DNA from: a virus
Reading direction: 5' to 3' (one strand)
Virus record (IMG/VR): IMGVR_UViG_3300048597_000624
Coordinates: 21,225 to 85,224 of that record
Length of the DNA: 64,000 bases
The translations under genes were made by a program, and so were the position numbers. Of the stretch, positions 46,277-56,522 are shown in pieces; position 1 is the stretch's first letter, and every line of letters begins with the position of its first letter. The notes below the pieces were generated by a model. It did not search any database and had not been told where the DNA came from. It saw only the letters and a list, made by a program, of their open reading frames with translations.

Positions 46277-49018
46277 TCAAAAGGCCGTCCCTTCTTCGGG
46301 GTCGATTCCGCACAGGTCGGCCAGTTGCGCGTATTCGATCTCGATTCCGCGCAGGGACCGACCCGCTAATCGGGAGGGTACGCCCGTTTTCGCCCCAGGC
46401 ACGCGAGCGAGAATCTGGGCAATGTCGGCATTTTGAAATCGCGTCCCTTTGAGCAGTTCGCGGACGATCCGATCCTTGTGCAGGAAGAGTCGATAGGGGT
46501 TCATCAGCACCTTCACGCCAGCGTTTTCGAGGGTCCGTTTACGGTCCTGCATCTCGATCGAAGTGGGGTCGTCCGCATAGCCGTCAAGGAGCGCTGAGAC
46601 GGTGCTTCGAACGCCGCGCGGCATCATCACGACGCCGTCCAAGATGAGGTTGAGAAGTTGGGCCTCGTCCGAGTCCAAACCGTCACCGGCTCGCATTTGG
46701 CTGAGTGTTCCGCGGAGGGTCGTTTCTGCCTGATCGATCGATGCACCATTGGCCACCGCGAGCATCGCCACAGGGACAGCGTAGAGCCCCACGATTCGGT
46801 TGCTGACGCCGAAGGGTCGACGGGCGAGCTGCTCGGCCATCGCTAAGGCTGCGTGCCCATGGCGGAGAGCCAAAGCGAGCATGCGTAGCCCCAGGTCGCG
46901 GGCCTCATGCTCGGTGGGTGTCTCGAGGGTGACCGCCCGTCCCTTTTGGGTTTCGAGGAGCTTGAACAGGATGAACCGGTTCGCGTCCGGCGCGGCGGTG
47001 AGGTTGATGTTGACGCCTGAGATCCAGGTGATGTGCTTCAGGGAGAAGTTCATTCCGCTCTGGCTCATCGTGCCGCGGATGACCTTCGAGCCACGCGTCG
47101 AGCCGCGGAGCAGCCGCAGGATCGCATGGGCGTGGTCGCACTCGTCGAATTCGTCGATGAACAGCACCTGGCCCGAGTTGCGGATTGCCTGGCGGACGCC
47201 GGCTTCGGTGGGGTTCTCGCAAGCGAGGGAGAGCGGCCCAAACATCGGCCGCAGAGTGTCGCGCACGAGCACTGTTTTTCCGGAGTTGCTCGGCCCGATG
47301 ACGGCGATTTGCGGCCGCATCCGCCAGCACGTTTGCAGCCAGGTGGCCGGGATCAACCCGGCGAGCACCTGGGACGACACCCGCTCATGCCAGTTGTCCC
47401 ACCGCGCGAAGAGGTTGCAGGCGGCGCCCATCTGCTCTTCGCACCAGTCTTGGCTGGCCGAGAGTTGCAGGTAGCGGACGAGCTGGTCGCGGTCGTACCA
47501 CTGCGGCCCGGAGAAATCGAGCCTCTGTCCGAGATAGGCTGGGGTTTCGATCCGCTGCAGCGTGCCGTCCGGCAGCCAGGCGTCAGCCGCCCGCGGGCCG
47601 ACCAGCACGAAGGAGTCCTTCACCCGCCAAATGCCGGCGCCGCAGGTTTCCTCCCGGGACAGGGGGTGCTTGCCGGCTTCCCGGGCGATCGCTTTCCGTA
47701 CCTCCGGGATCCGGTACTTCCCCGGGATCTGCTCTGCGCCCTCATATATATATGTGTCGCAAACCTCTCCACCGAAGGCGAGCATGGCATTTTCAGACGT
47801 AAACCGGTTCAGGTCTTTGATTAACGTCTTTTTGTGGAGCCGGCGGCTGAAGATCTCGACTTGTTCGGTGCCCTGGATTTGGCCGCAAACCATTATTTCC
47901 AAGTGGTTTAGGGTTTGATGGTGCGGTTCGGCCTGGACTTCGTCCGACTCTGGGACCAGCGGTTCGAACGTGCCGGAGAACGCCAGCAGGTCCGGGTAGG
48001 TGTGCCCTTCGAGCAGCCAGTCCCGCAGGTCGTTCTTGTCCCCGCCCGGTTCATACGGCAGCCGGACAATTCGCACCGCGCTGGCGACCGGAAGCAGAGC
48101 CGAGGCCCACACGCTCGCGCCGATCTCGCCGGCTTGGTTGGGATCGATGTCGAAACAGATCCGGACGTCCTTACCGGCAAAGTGCGGCAGCCAGTCGGCC
48201 TTGGGGTGGTAGCTGCAGGAGCCGGCCGATAGGACGATGTGATTACCGTTAGCGGGAATGATCGACTGCAGCGCGAGCATGTCGCTGACGCCTTCGACGA
48301 TCCAGACGACTTCCGCTTCCGGCAGTTTGGTCAGCGCGGAGACGTTCATCAGCCCGGGCGTCCCGAGCGTCATCGTCTTGAGCATCTCGTGCCCGGCGCC
48401 CTTGCCCTTGAAGCGACGGACCTTGCCGGCCTTGCCCTCCACGATGTGCCAGCCGATCGGGTCGGCTTCGAGCAGTGAGCCGCCGTACATCGGGAACGCG
48501 ATCACGATTTGCTGATAGGGCAATGGGGCTTTCTTAGGCCAGCGGGCCCCCTTCACGCCGGCGGCCTTGAGCGATAGGGCCTGCACGCCTGGTTTGTTGG
48601 CGGCGTAGACCAGCAGCATCCCCGCGGTCGCGTCGAACAGGTCCAGCCGATCTTCCGGATAGAGCTCGTCGCCGCCCGGGAGTTTCAGGCCTGTCTGTTT
48701 GGCGAAGTGGTTGCGAGCGTTCTTCCAGTCGCCGCCGAAGGATCCGAACTTCGCCGCGAAGTCGAACAGGCTGATGGTGGACGAGTTTCCCGAACCGAAG
48801 TCGCGATATCGTCCACGCGCAGGCCCGTCGCCCGTGTTGATCTCGGCGGACGGCGAATCATCCTGGCGGCCGGCGGCATGGCACTTGAGCCAACCGGTCT
48901 CACGCGGTCGTGCGCCGGAGGCGATGCGCAACCCCAGTTGCTTGTACTCCGCCTCGATGTCCAGGCGGGCAAGGATTTGTTGGTGGGCCTCCGCCCATTT
49001 GGTGCGATTGTCAGCCAT
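46277..49018 (-). CDS. Primase (TOPRIM)-P-loop helicase fusion
   Basis: WIVEGVSD, CFDIDP TOPRIM motifs; GPSNSGKT Walker A and FIDEFD Walker B. Confidence 0.82.
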   Translation of the reverse strand: MADNRTKWAEAHQQILARLDIEAEYKQLGLRIASGARPRETGWLKCHAAGRQDDSPSAEINTGDGPARGRYRDFGSGNSSTISLFDFAAKFGSFGGDWKNARNHFAKQTGLKLPGGDELYPEDRLDLFDATAGMLLVYAANKPGVQALSLKAAGVKGARWPKKAPLPYQQIVIAFPMYGGSLLEADPIGWHIVEGKAGKVRRFKGKGAGHEMLKTMTLGTPGLMNVSALTKLPEAEVVWIVEGVSDMLALQSIIPANGNHIVLSAGSCSYHPKADWLPHFAGKDVRICFDIDPNQAGEIGASVWASALLPVASAVRIVRLPYEPGGDKNDLRDWLLEGHTYPDLLAFSGTFEPLVPESDEVQAEPHHQTLNHLEIMVCGQIQGTEQVEIFSRRLHKKTLIKDLNRFTSENAMLAFGGEVCDTYIYEGAEQIPGKYRIPEVRKAIAREAGKHPLSREETCGAGIWRVKDSFVLVGPRAADAWLPDGTLQRIETPAYLGQRLDFSGPQWYDRDQLVRYLQLSASQDWCEEQMGAACNLFARWDNWHERVSSQVLAGLIPATWLQTCWRMRPQIAVIGPSNSGKTVLVRDTLRPMFGPLSLACENPTEAGVRQAIRNSGQVLFIDEFDECDHAHAILRLLRGSTRGSKVIRGTMSQSGMNFSLKHITWISGVNINLTAAPDANRFILFKLLETQKGRAVTLETPTEHEARDLGLRMLALALRHGHAALAMAEQLARRPFGVSNRIVGLYAVPVAMLAVANGASIDQAETTLRGTLSQMRAGDGLDSDEAQLLNLILDGVVMMPRGVRSTVSALLDGYADDPTSIEMQDRKRTLENAGVKVLMNPYRLFLHKDRIVRELLKGTRFQNADIAQILARVPGAKTGVPSRLAGRSLRGIEIEYAQLADLCGIDPEEGTAF

Positions 49019-49036
49019 CCTGGTTGTCGAGTCCTT

Positions 49037-49894
49037 TCACACTGCCAAGCGCGTCTGCACTTGCTCAATTCGTCGTCGGGTCAATTCGACTTGGCTTTCT
49101 CGGATGTCGATTCCAATTGCGTTTCTGCCCCACTGTTTGGCTACGGCGAGGGTGGTCCCACTGCCACAGAACGGATCGAGCACAATGCCACTGGGCGGGC
49201 AAAATGAGCGGATGAAGAACTCAGGCAGAAGCTCTGGGAATGGCGCCTCGCTTTCATGGGACAAAGCGTCTCCCAAGTGGCCACCTCCACCAGGTCCACA
49301 ATCAATTACATTGCCTGGGTTGGCTAGTTTCGGAGGTTTGTATATCTGCGGGGTACAGTTGCCGTTTGCTCGTCGGGTTCGCGTCTTACTGCCATTCGCG
49401 CGAGTGCCGTCTTTTCGGCGATGTGAAGGTGCGCCTCCAGGTCCAAACTTCGGCGGATGCCCCATTGCCGTATTGTCGCTGTACGGCAATCGCCCTCCCT
49501 TTGTGCAACAGACAATGAACTCGTATCTATTCTTGAGCCAATCCGGCCCGCCACTCCCTGGAATGCCATCTCGCTCATAAATCGGTGGCTTGCGCAGGTG
49601 GATTCCCAGCCTGTGTAAATCGGCCATCAAAAGCGCTGGAGTTGCTGACCAGCGGAAGTTTCTAGTTTGGCCTTCGACGACCATGCACACCACGCCATTG
49701 GTAATTCGCACTGCCTCAACGACCCTCTCAACCATCCAATCGACCCAGGCTTGACCCTTCAGGTTGAAGCCAATCCCGTAAGTACGTGCTGCTTCGTACG
49801 GCGGCGATCCAATGGTGATCGACACTGAGTTTGTCGGTTGCCTTCGCATCCACTTGAGGCAGTCTCCGCAGATGACTTGATAATCCGCACTCAT
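49037..49894 (-). CDS. DNA N4-cytosine/N6-adenine methyltransferase (beta class)
   Basis: SPPY catalytic motif before DPFCGSGTT SAM motif. Confidence 0.9.
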   Translation of the reverse strand: MSADYQVICGDCLKWMRRQPTNSVSITIGSPPYEAARTYGIGFNLKGQAWVDWMVERVVEAVRITNGVVCMVVEGQTRNFRWSATPALLMADLHRLGIHLRKPPIYERDGIPGSGGPDWLKNRYEFIVCCTKGGRLPYSDNTAMGHPPKFGPGGAPSHRRKDGTRANGSKTRTRRANGNCTPQIYKPPKLANPGNVIDCGPGGGGHLGDALSHESEAPFPELLPEFFIRSFCPPSGIVLDPFCGSGTTLAVAKQWGRNAIGIDIRESQVELTRRRIEQVQTRLAV

Positions 49895-50208
49895 CGGCCC
49901 CACCCCAGCAAGCGGCTAAACCACGATCGCCCAACCAACGCATCCACGTATCCCCGCGACACCGGCATCAACTTGCATAACCGCGTGTCGATCACGTGCC
50001 GGCAATTGCCGACGAGATCCTTGACCACCAAGTACGGTTCTTCCGTCGCCATGACCTGGAGCGGCGTCCCTTTGATGCCGTTGCCGTACTCGACCTTGCA
50101 TCCGGCCAGACTCGACGGGGTGATGAAGTCGCTGTCGATCAGCTTTCCGTTGCACAAGGTCAACAGTGTTCCCGGCTGCAAGTCGTCAAACGTTTCAAAT
50201 TGGCTCAT
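49891..50208 (-). CDS. Hypothetical protein
   Basis: 105-aa ORF, ATGA overlap. Confidence 0.55.
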   Translation of the reverse strand: MSQFETFDDLQPGTLLTLCNGKLIDSDFITPSSLAGCKVEYGNGIKGTPLQVMATEEPYLVVKDLVGNCRHVIDTRLCKLMPVSRGYVDALVGRSWFSRLLGWGR

Positions 50209-50218
50209 CGTTTCACCT

Positions 50219-51937
50219 TCACTCGAAAAACACGTCGCTCGCCTTGGTTCCGCCGTCCTTATCCTTGCCGACTGCCGCTTCGAGACTTCGCAGCCGACTC
50301 AGCGGATTGTTGAACGCTCCACCGCCTGCGCTGTAGCCAGCCTGCTCGGCCAAGGCATCACTTCGCAGCCGCTGCGGGTAGGCTTCCATCAGCACGTCAA
50401 GAATCTTGTTTTCTGGTCCGCCGATCTTGGGTCGCAGCCATTCGCGAAGTTCAGCGCCGCGAGGCTTGGGATCGACTCGGCCAACCATGAGGCTTTCGCC
50501 GGCCGGCGTGATTTGCAGCCCTTCCATCAACCCCAGGCTGCGGAGCTTGCTCAGCGGGTTATTAAACGCTCCGCCGCCGGCGGTGTAGTTGGCGTAGAAA
50601 GCGAGCTTTGAGGCAGTGACTTCGCGGTCATCCTTGCACCAGTAGGCGGCCTGGAGGATTCGCATGTGCGGGCTGCCGAGACCATGGGGAATATCTCCGT
50701 TGGATCGATTACCACCTCCGGTCGAGGGCTTTGCATGCCAGGCGGCAGGGACAACTATCGGACGTGCCTTGTCTATTGCCGTCTTAAAGGCTTCCATGTC
50801 AACGTCAGGCGGACGAACGAAAACGATAGCAGGATCGCTTTGGTCGATGAGTTCGCGGATCCTTTGCAACGTGTTGATAACGCCAGTGTGATGCTTCTCG
50901 GCATCGGCGAACTTCCGTTCCCACTCTCGATTGCGTTCCGCCACTGCCTTTGCGATTGCTCGCTCTAGACTATCGCCGTTGCTCGCGCCCTTCGCCGCCT
51001 TCAATTCCCGCTCTAACTCCGCGATTCGCTTCCGCAACTCCGCCGGATCGTCCGCCTTCGCCCGCTCGACCGTATCCGCCAACTGCGACGTCAATCGCTT
51101 CAAATCCACCGCGGCCAGCGACTTCGGCGGCGCCTTCACTTCGCCCGGCTTGGGTGTAGCGCTCGAATCGTAGGTCGTTCGCTTGCGGACCTTGACTTGT
51201 TTGAGCAGCTTGAGCCAACCCGGGCTGTACACCCACGCCTCGCCGACTTGCAGCTTGGGCAGGGAACGCATGATGCGATCGCGTTCTTCGGGCGTGCCGT
51301 GGTACTTAATCCAGTCATCGATAGCTCGCAGGTCATGCGGCGCCGTGGTTTGGTGGGCGATCAGGCATTCCGCTTGCGTCAGAACGCTCTTGTTGAGCAC
51401 TGCAGAACGCTGGGTGATGAGCGTTACGCCGATACCCCGGGCCCGGCCGCGGCGGACGATGTTTTGCATGGCGCCAAGGCACTTCGCCAGCGGTCCGCCG
51501 GCAGCCTGTTGCGGCGCGAACTCATCCGCCTCGTCGACAAACCAATGAATCGGCGAGCGATTGGTGCGATAGAACTCGCTGGCGAAGTCCGCCACGAACC
51601 GACGCATCTCGTTTTCGCCGAACGCCGAGACGTCCAGGATGACCGGCACTCGCTCGCGGACGACGAACTCGGCCACAACCTTGCCGCCGGTGGCCTCTAA
51701 AGGAACGTCCCCATGCTCGCCGCCGAGAATCGCGATCGAGTGGCCGGAGCGGAGCCCCCACCACACTCCGAGCGGATCGAGCGCCACAATCGGGAAGCCA
51801 GCCGAAAGCATCTCCTCGGCCATTACGGACGCAGTGTGCGTTTTGCCGGCGCCGCGACGGGCGAGGATCGCAAAGGCTTGCGTGATCGCTTCGGGTGGCA
51901 GTGACAGGCCAGGAGCGAGGTTGAATTGCTTGGTCAT
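50219..51937 (-). CDS. HerA/DUF87-like P-loop ATPase
   Basis: ARRGAGKT, LDPLG, VDEADEFAP, RGRARGIG, ITQRSA. Confidence 0.85.
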   Translation of the reverse strand: MTKQFNLAPGLSLPPEAITQAFAILARRGAGKTHTASVMAEEMLSAGFPIVALDPLGVWWGLRSGHSIAILGGEHGDVPLEATGGKVVAEFVVRERVPVILDVSAFGENEMRRFVADFASEFYRTNRSPIHWFVDEADEFAPQQAAGGPLAKCLGAMQNIVRRGRARGIGVTLITQRSAVLNKSVLTQAECLIAHQTTAPHDLRAIDDWIKYHGTPEERDRIMRSLPKLQVGEAWVYSPGWLKLLKQVKVRKRTTYDSSATPKPGEVKAPPKSLAAVDLKRLTSQLADTVERAKADDPAELRKRIAELERELKAAKGASNGDSLERAIAKAVAERNREWERKFADAEKHHTGVINTLQRIRELIDQSDPAIVFVRPPDVDMEAFKTAIDKARPIVVPAAWHAKPSTGGGNRSNGDIPHGLGSPHMRILQAAYWCKDDREVTASKLAFYANYTAGGGAFNNPLSKLRSLGLMEGLQITPAGESLMVGRVDPKPRGAELREWLRPKIGGPENKILDVLMEAYPQRLRSDALAEQAGYSAGGGAFNNPLSRLRSLEAAVGKDKDGGTKASDVFFE

Positions 51938-52308
51938 CGGGTTCGCTCCGAAATATTGACGCGCCGGCAGAGCCATTCCATGCACCACTGGCCGTTGCGG
52001 TGGACGCACTTAGCCGAGACGGTTTTCCAGGTCTGGCCGTCGCTGACGACGATAGTTCCAGAGGTCCACAGGTAGCGAGTCTCAGCGATCTTTTGCCGAT
52101 AAGACTTGTCCCAGTGGTAGTAGAACGACACGTCGCCGACGCCCCACACGTAGGGCCGAAGCCAATCGTCGGTAACCAAGTCAACAAGTGGCTCGTACAC
52201 CAAGCAGTGCTTCTCGTAGCAATCAGCGGGACGCAGACGCGAGGTGTCTTCGCGGTACGATCTCAGTCGTATTCCGGCGATTGGCTTTGGTGTGGTGGTG
52301 ATGCTCAT
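51934..52308 (-). CDS. Hypothetical protein
   Basis: 124-aa ORF with ATGA overlaps. Confidence 0.5.
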   Translation of the reverse strand: MSITTTPKPIAGIRLRSYREDTSRLRPADCYEKHCLVYEPLVDLVTDDWLRPYVWGVGDVSFYYHWDKSYRQKIAETRYLWTSGTIVVSDGQTWKTVSAKCVHRNGQWCMEWLCRRVNISERTR

Positions 52309-52508
52309 TGGTTCGCTTTCCGTTGATCGATCTTCTTTTGCAGTTCCTGTGCTCCGACGATGTCCGCGAGCATCCGGATCGCCTGGGCATTCAGTGAGTG
52401 CTGGCAGGCTGACTCTGGGTAGTCTTCAAGCGTTGCCTCGGCCGATCCGAGATAGGACTTCTCGATCATCCGAGCGCGGCTGATGGCTTGGTCGATGGAC
52501 AAGGTCAT
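52305..52508 (-). CDS. Hypothetical protein
   Basis: 67-aa ORF with ATGA overlaps. Confidence 0.5.
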   Translation of the reverse strand: MTLSIDQAISRARMIEKSYLGSAEATLEDYPESACQHSLNAQAIRMLADIVGAQELQKKIDQRKANQ

Positions 52509-52726
52509 TGGTTCGCATACCCCCGATTCATCCGCCGCAACGGCCCGCCGCCCATTTGCCGCTTTTGCAACCGCTCCTGTCGCTCCATCCGTGCCGACGG
52601 ACTTCGATCGCTGTATGAACCGCCTTCGTCCGGATCGTCATCGAACAGCTTCTTGCAGTCCTTACAGAAGTGCTCGCGGTCGCCGTTGGGGACTACCTTC
52701 TTGCTGTTACAAAAGGGACAGCGCAT
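52505..52726 (-). CDS. Small zinc-ribbon protein
   Basis: MRCPFC...CKDC. Confidence 0.55.
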   Translation of the reverse strand: MRCPFCNSKKVVPNGDREHFCKDCKKLFDDDPDEGGSYSDRSPSARMERQERLQKRQMGGGPLRRMNRGYANQ

Positions 52727-53246
52727 CTTCGACTCCTTGCTTCTTTGCCTTCTGGTCGGCCTTCCAAAACCGGTGCAACATTCGATACGTCGTCCGCTCG
52801 GCGAAGCTTCGCGTGGGGCAGTCCCACCAATGCACGCGCAGGAACCGCTGCTGCCAGGAAATGATGGAGCGGTAAACAATCTTGGGGTTGAGCTTCGATT
52901 TCGGCGGCGGGTCGCAGACGATCGACGACCAGCCCGCTTCGATGACCACGGCCGCGAACTCTAGTTCGTTCAACCGGGCGAGCTCGTTCTCGAATCGCTC
53001 GCGGGATCCGCCGATCGTGCCGTAGAGGTCGGAGAGGCTCTTTCGCTCGATCGCGATGCGGTTTTGGTAGCCGATGATGGAGTAGTCGCCAGAGCGAATC
53101 GTGACGATCTCAGTGGGAATCAGGATCGGCTTGTTTCGCTTGTCCGCGTCCGCCTTGAGGCCCTGGAACGTGAACGGAAACTGCTCGCGCGTATCGATCG
53201 CGACAGTAAACGGCGATTGAATGAATTCGGCTGGTGTCCTGGGCAT
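52707..53246 (-). CDS. ERCC4-domain nuclease
   Basis: IDTREQ, GDY, IERKS..DL motifs; probable start MPRTP. Confidence 0.88.
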   Translation of the reverse strand: MPRTPAEFIQSPFTVAIDTREQFPFTFQGLKADADKRNKPILIPTEIVTIRSGDYSIIGYQNRIAIERKSLSDLYGTIGGSRERFENELARLNELEFAAVVIEAGWSSIVCDPPPKSKLNPKIVYRSIISWQQRFLRVHWWDCPTRSFAERTTYRMLHRFWKADQKAKKQGVEDALSLL

Positions 53247-53269
53247 CCTGCTCGTCCTTGACGCGATCG

Positions 53270-55042
53270 TTAGGCGGTTTGCAGCGGCGAATCGCAGTTC
53301 GCTCGTACCATGGCCTCTGCTAGTTGGGGTGGAACGCTGTTGCCAAGCCGGGCGACTTGGTTCGACTTGCTGCCAGTCAACAGGTAGGTGTCGGGGAATC
53401 CTTGGGCTCGCGCGAGTTCGCGCGGCGAGAGCATGCGCAGGCCGATGTCGGCAATGACACAAGGCCCAATATCCGGAACGTCGATGGCTATTGCCGGCTC
53501 GTGCCGGCCTGGGGCGACTTCAACCGTAACCAGGCCAAAGCGATGCTTGCCCGTTTGCGTGTGAAGTGGTTCATCGAGGGGCTGACCAATGGCCGTCCCG
53601 AAGTATTTGACGAGGAATGCGTACACCAGCCCGAACTTATTGCCTTGGCTGGTGATGGTTCCCAACGGCTCGCCCATCCCGTTCCATTGCTTCTCGCCGT
53701 GGTTGAAGCGGGCAAGGTAGGCGGAGGCAATGCCGAGAGCATGAGCCGCTCCCGCCGGCCTCGCTGCACCTGCGCCGGATGTCACAGTCGGCATCGGCTG
53801 TTCGACGCTAGCGCCGTTTGAATCGCCGCGGAATTTGACGAGATTGGCAGCCACAAGCCCGTGATGATCGACCGCGGTAACCGTTCCAATGGGCTTGTCG
53901 ATCGAATGCCCCACAACTCCGCCGTAGAACTTGGCCAGTGTGGCGGCCACCAGACCGAATCGATTCTGCGTGTCGAGCGTTGCAAATCCGCGATCAAGCG
54001 AATGGCAGCGAGACTCCCCGGCTTTTTGGCCGTGGTACTTACTCAGCACCGGAGCAACAACGCCAAACCCATGATGCCCGGTAACCGTCGAGAGCGGCTG
54101 ATCGATCGATTGGCCGCGAAAGTGGTCACCACCGTGATCGCAACGAACAATGAACGGTTGCGGATCGTTGAGCACGTACCGCCACAGGCCCATGGCAATC
54201 CGTCGCATGGTCTTGTCAGCCAGCGGGCGTTGACGATCGAAAATACTGGGACATGGCAGGGACCAGTCGATGCACTCCGCAGCCGTTCGCCAAGGCTTGA
54301 GCCGTGAGAACAACGGTTGATCGTCCAGCTTGGACGGATCCGCGTGCGATGCCTCTGGCCATTCGATCGGCCGACCGTCGCAGCGGGCAACTAAGAACAG
54401 TCGCCGGCGGTGGGTTGGGGCGCCGTAGTCTGCCGCGTCGAGCGTTTTGTAGGCGACTACATACCCCAGGTTTCGTAGTCGTCCCGTCCAGCGGCGGAAA
54501 GTCAAACCGCGGCGATTGGGATCCGGACGGTGTTCGTCTGTCTGAATGAGCCGAGACGCATTGCAGCGCGGGCAGCGTCGATGAACTCGAGCCAGCTTGG
54601 CCTGGCCCTCCGTCCCGCGCCAGTCGCAGGAGCGGCAGCGATAGACCGGCACAAGCGGGCCCCAGTCGGCGAACTCGCGCACGTTTTCGAGAACGATCAC
54701 ACGAGGCCGGACCTGCTCAGCCCAGCGACAGATAACCCACGCCAGTGATCGAATTTTCTTGCTGACCGGCTTCGAGCCCTTCGCCCGTGAAAAGTGCCGG
54801 CAGTCCGGCGATGCCCACAGCAGGTCAACCTTTCGGCGGCCAATGAGCGATCGCAGGTTCGCGCGCCAGACGTCCTCCAGCACGTGCCGAGTGTCGGGAT
54901 GGTTGGCCTCGTGCATCGCCAAGGCTGGGCCATCGTGGTTGACGGCAATGTCCGGCGATCGACCGAGCGCCCACGCAATCCCGAGCGATGCGCCACCGCC
55001 GCCGGCGAAGCTGTCGATGATGAGTCCTTGCTTCCTGCTCAT
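53270..55042 (-). CDS. DNA cytosine-C5 methyltransferase
   Basis: FAGGGG, SPDCRHFS, LENV, RRRLF, RELARAQGFP, GNSV; internal Zn ribbon and repeated P..T.T....GLV units. Confidence 0.92.
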   Translation of the reverse strand: MSRKQGLIIDSFAGGGGASLGIAWALGRSPDIAVNHDGPALAMHEANHPDTRHVLEDVWRANLRSLIGRRKVDLLWASPDCRHFSRAKGSKPVSKKIRSLAWVICRWAEQVRPRVIVLENVREFADWGPLVPVYRCRSCDWRGTEGQAKLARVHRRCPRCNASRLIQTDEHRPDPNRRGLTFRRWTGRLRNLGYVVAYKTLDAADYGAPTHRRRLFLVARCDGRPIEWPEASHADPSKLDDQPLFSRLKPWRTAAECIDWSLPCPSIFDRQRPLADKTMRRIAMGLWRYVLNDPQPFIVRCDHGGDHFRGQSIDQPLSTVTGHHGFGVVAPVLSKYHGQKAGESRCHSLDRGFATLDTQNRFGLVAATLAKFYGGVVGHSIDKPIGTVTAVDHHGLVAANLVKFRGDSNGASVEQPMPTVTSGAGAARPAGAAHALGIASAYLARFNHGEKQWNGMGEPLGTITSQGNKFGLVYAFLVKYFGTAIGQPLDEPLHTQTGKHRFGLVTVEVAPGRHEPAIAIDVPDIGPCVIADIGLRMLSPRELARAQGFPDTYLLTGSKSNQVARLGNSVPPQLAEAMVRANCDSPLQTA

Positions 55043-56421
55043 GCCGCCATCCTCAATTGCTCCGCCAAAAACGTCTTCCGCGACTCCAACGCACACCGCT
55101 GGCAGTCCTGATCGATCGTGGATTTCTTCCCGATCGTGAAGCACAACTGCTCGGTCCGGCTGATGGCCGTATAGATCAACTCGCGGCTCGCCACGAACCG
55201 GGCCCCGCCGTAGTCGTCCGATACGTAAATGACGATGGGCCAGCCGCAACCCTGCGATTTGTGCGTGGTAATCGCATAGGCCAGGTCAAAGTTGCTGATT
55301 TCGTCCCGCTCCGCCCGAATCGTCCGCCGCGGCGAATCCAGTTCGACGTAGATCGCTCCGGCATCAAGCTGGCGAACTACCCCGAGCTCGCCATTGGCAA
55401 CGAAGATTTCATCGCCGTCGACTTGCTCCCCCTCTGCCTCAAGCTTCTCCTGCTCGATGCGCAGGTACTCTTCGTCGATGCAGGTAAACCAGCCGTTCGA
55501 GGTGCAGAGAACCTTGTCCCCCTCGCGGAGCCGTGCCGCCGGCCCAGCCGCGACCGTCTTGCCGTTCGGGTTCAGCAGCGCCTGCAGCACGCGGTTCATC
55601 GCCGGCTGCGACAGTTCCGACTTGTCGACCTTGATGGCCGTCAGAACTTGCAGGTCGCGCCGGACGTCAAAATGCGACGGCAGGCCCGACAGTAATCGTT
55701 CAATGTGCCGGATGGTCCACTTGGGCCGCGTGCATTCCACGTGGCGGAGGTTTTCGCCGGTAGCCAGGTTGATTGCCTCACTGGGCGTGAATGGGACGCC
55801 CGCGCGAATCTGCTGGCACGCTTTGACGATGCGGCCCGCGTTGCGGCGAACCTCGGTCAGTTCCTCGCACGGGATGCCGGCCAGTCGCATATCGCGCAGG
55901 ACAGCGCCATGCTCGACCGGCGGGAGTTGCCCCTCGTCACCCAGGCAGAGCACGAGGGTGCCCGGCTTGATGGCTGAGAAGAGCGAATAGCCCAGCGTGG
56001 TGCCGAGCATCGAAAGTTCGTCGATCACCAGCACCTTGAACCGCAACGGGTTGCCGGCGTGATGCTTGAACCCCCAGCCCTTTTTGTCGTGGCCGTTTCG
56101 CGTGACTCGCAATGCCCGATGGATTGTGGTCCCTTCGAGCGAATAGAGGCCTTGCGACTGCATCGCTTCCGTGGTGCGGATGGCAGCCTTGCCCGTTGGC
56201 GCCACGATGCCGATTTCGTGCGAATAGAACTTTTTGGTGCACGCCTTGAGCAGGGCGGACATGGTGTAGGTTTTGCCCGTGCCAGGTCCGCCGGTGAGGA
56301 TGGCGAGACGGGAGCGCAAAAGGCGATCGAGGGCGTCCGATTGGTGTTTGGACAGGCTTTCGATGTCGAAGGTTTTGGGCCAGGTGGAGTGCAACTCATT
56401 GCTCCTCGGTTGATCGTTCAC
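55039..56421 (-). CDS. recD2: RecD2-like SF1B helicase, C-terminal (motor) half
   Basis: GGPGTGKT, APTGKAA, TIHRAL, DELSM, GDEGQLPPV, NGELG, YAITTHKSQG, YTAISR. Confidence 0.9.
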   Translation of the reverse strand: MNDQPRSNELHSTWPKTFDIESLSKHQSDALDRLLRSRLAILTGGPGTGKTYTMSALLKACTKKFYSHEIGIVAPTGKAAIRTTEAMQSQGLYSLEGTTIHRALRVTRNGHDKKGWGFKHHAGNPLRFKVLVIDELSMLGTTLGYSLFSAIKPGTLVLCLGDEGQLPPVEHGAVLRDMRLAGIPCEELTEVRRNAGRIVKACQQIRAGVPFTPSEAINLATGENLRHVECTRPKWTIRHIERLLSGLPSHFDVRRDLQVLTAIKVDKSELSQPAMNRVLQALLNPNGKTVAAGPAARLREGDKVLCTSNGWFTCIDEEYLRIEQEKLEAEGEQVDGDEIFVANGELGVVRQLDAGAIYVELDSPRRTIRAERDEISNFDLAYAITTHKSQGCGWPIVIYVSDDYGGARFVASRELIYTAISRTEQLCFTIGKKSTIDQDCQRCALESRKTFLAEQLRMAA

Positions 56422-56522
56422 TTATGCGATTACAAGTCTTCAGTAGGTCGATGCGTTCCATCTCCGCTCCTCGGTTGGTAGCTTTCACACGCGAAACCTC
56501 AACAACTCTTTGCCACTCTGGA

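Noticed and set aside
45427-46452. ORFs across the repeat region (RVRVYVRVRAC, poly-T/N/Q peptides)
   Set aside because: Low-complexity translations of microsatellite-like DNA
49037-55042. Two methyltransferases with HerA and ERCC4 as a restriction or defence system
   Set aside because: All sit in the replication/recombination operon with no cognate restriction enzyme; orphan anti-restriction methyltransferases are common in phages
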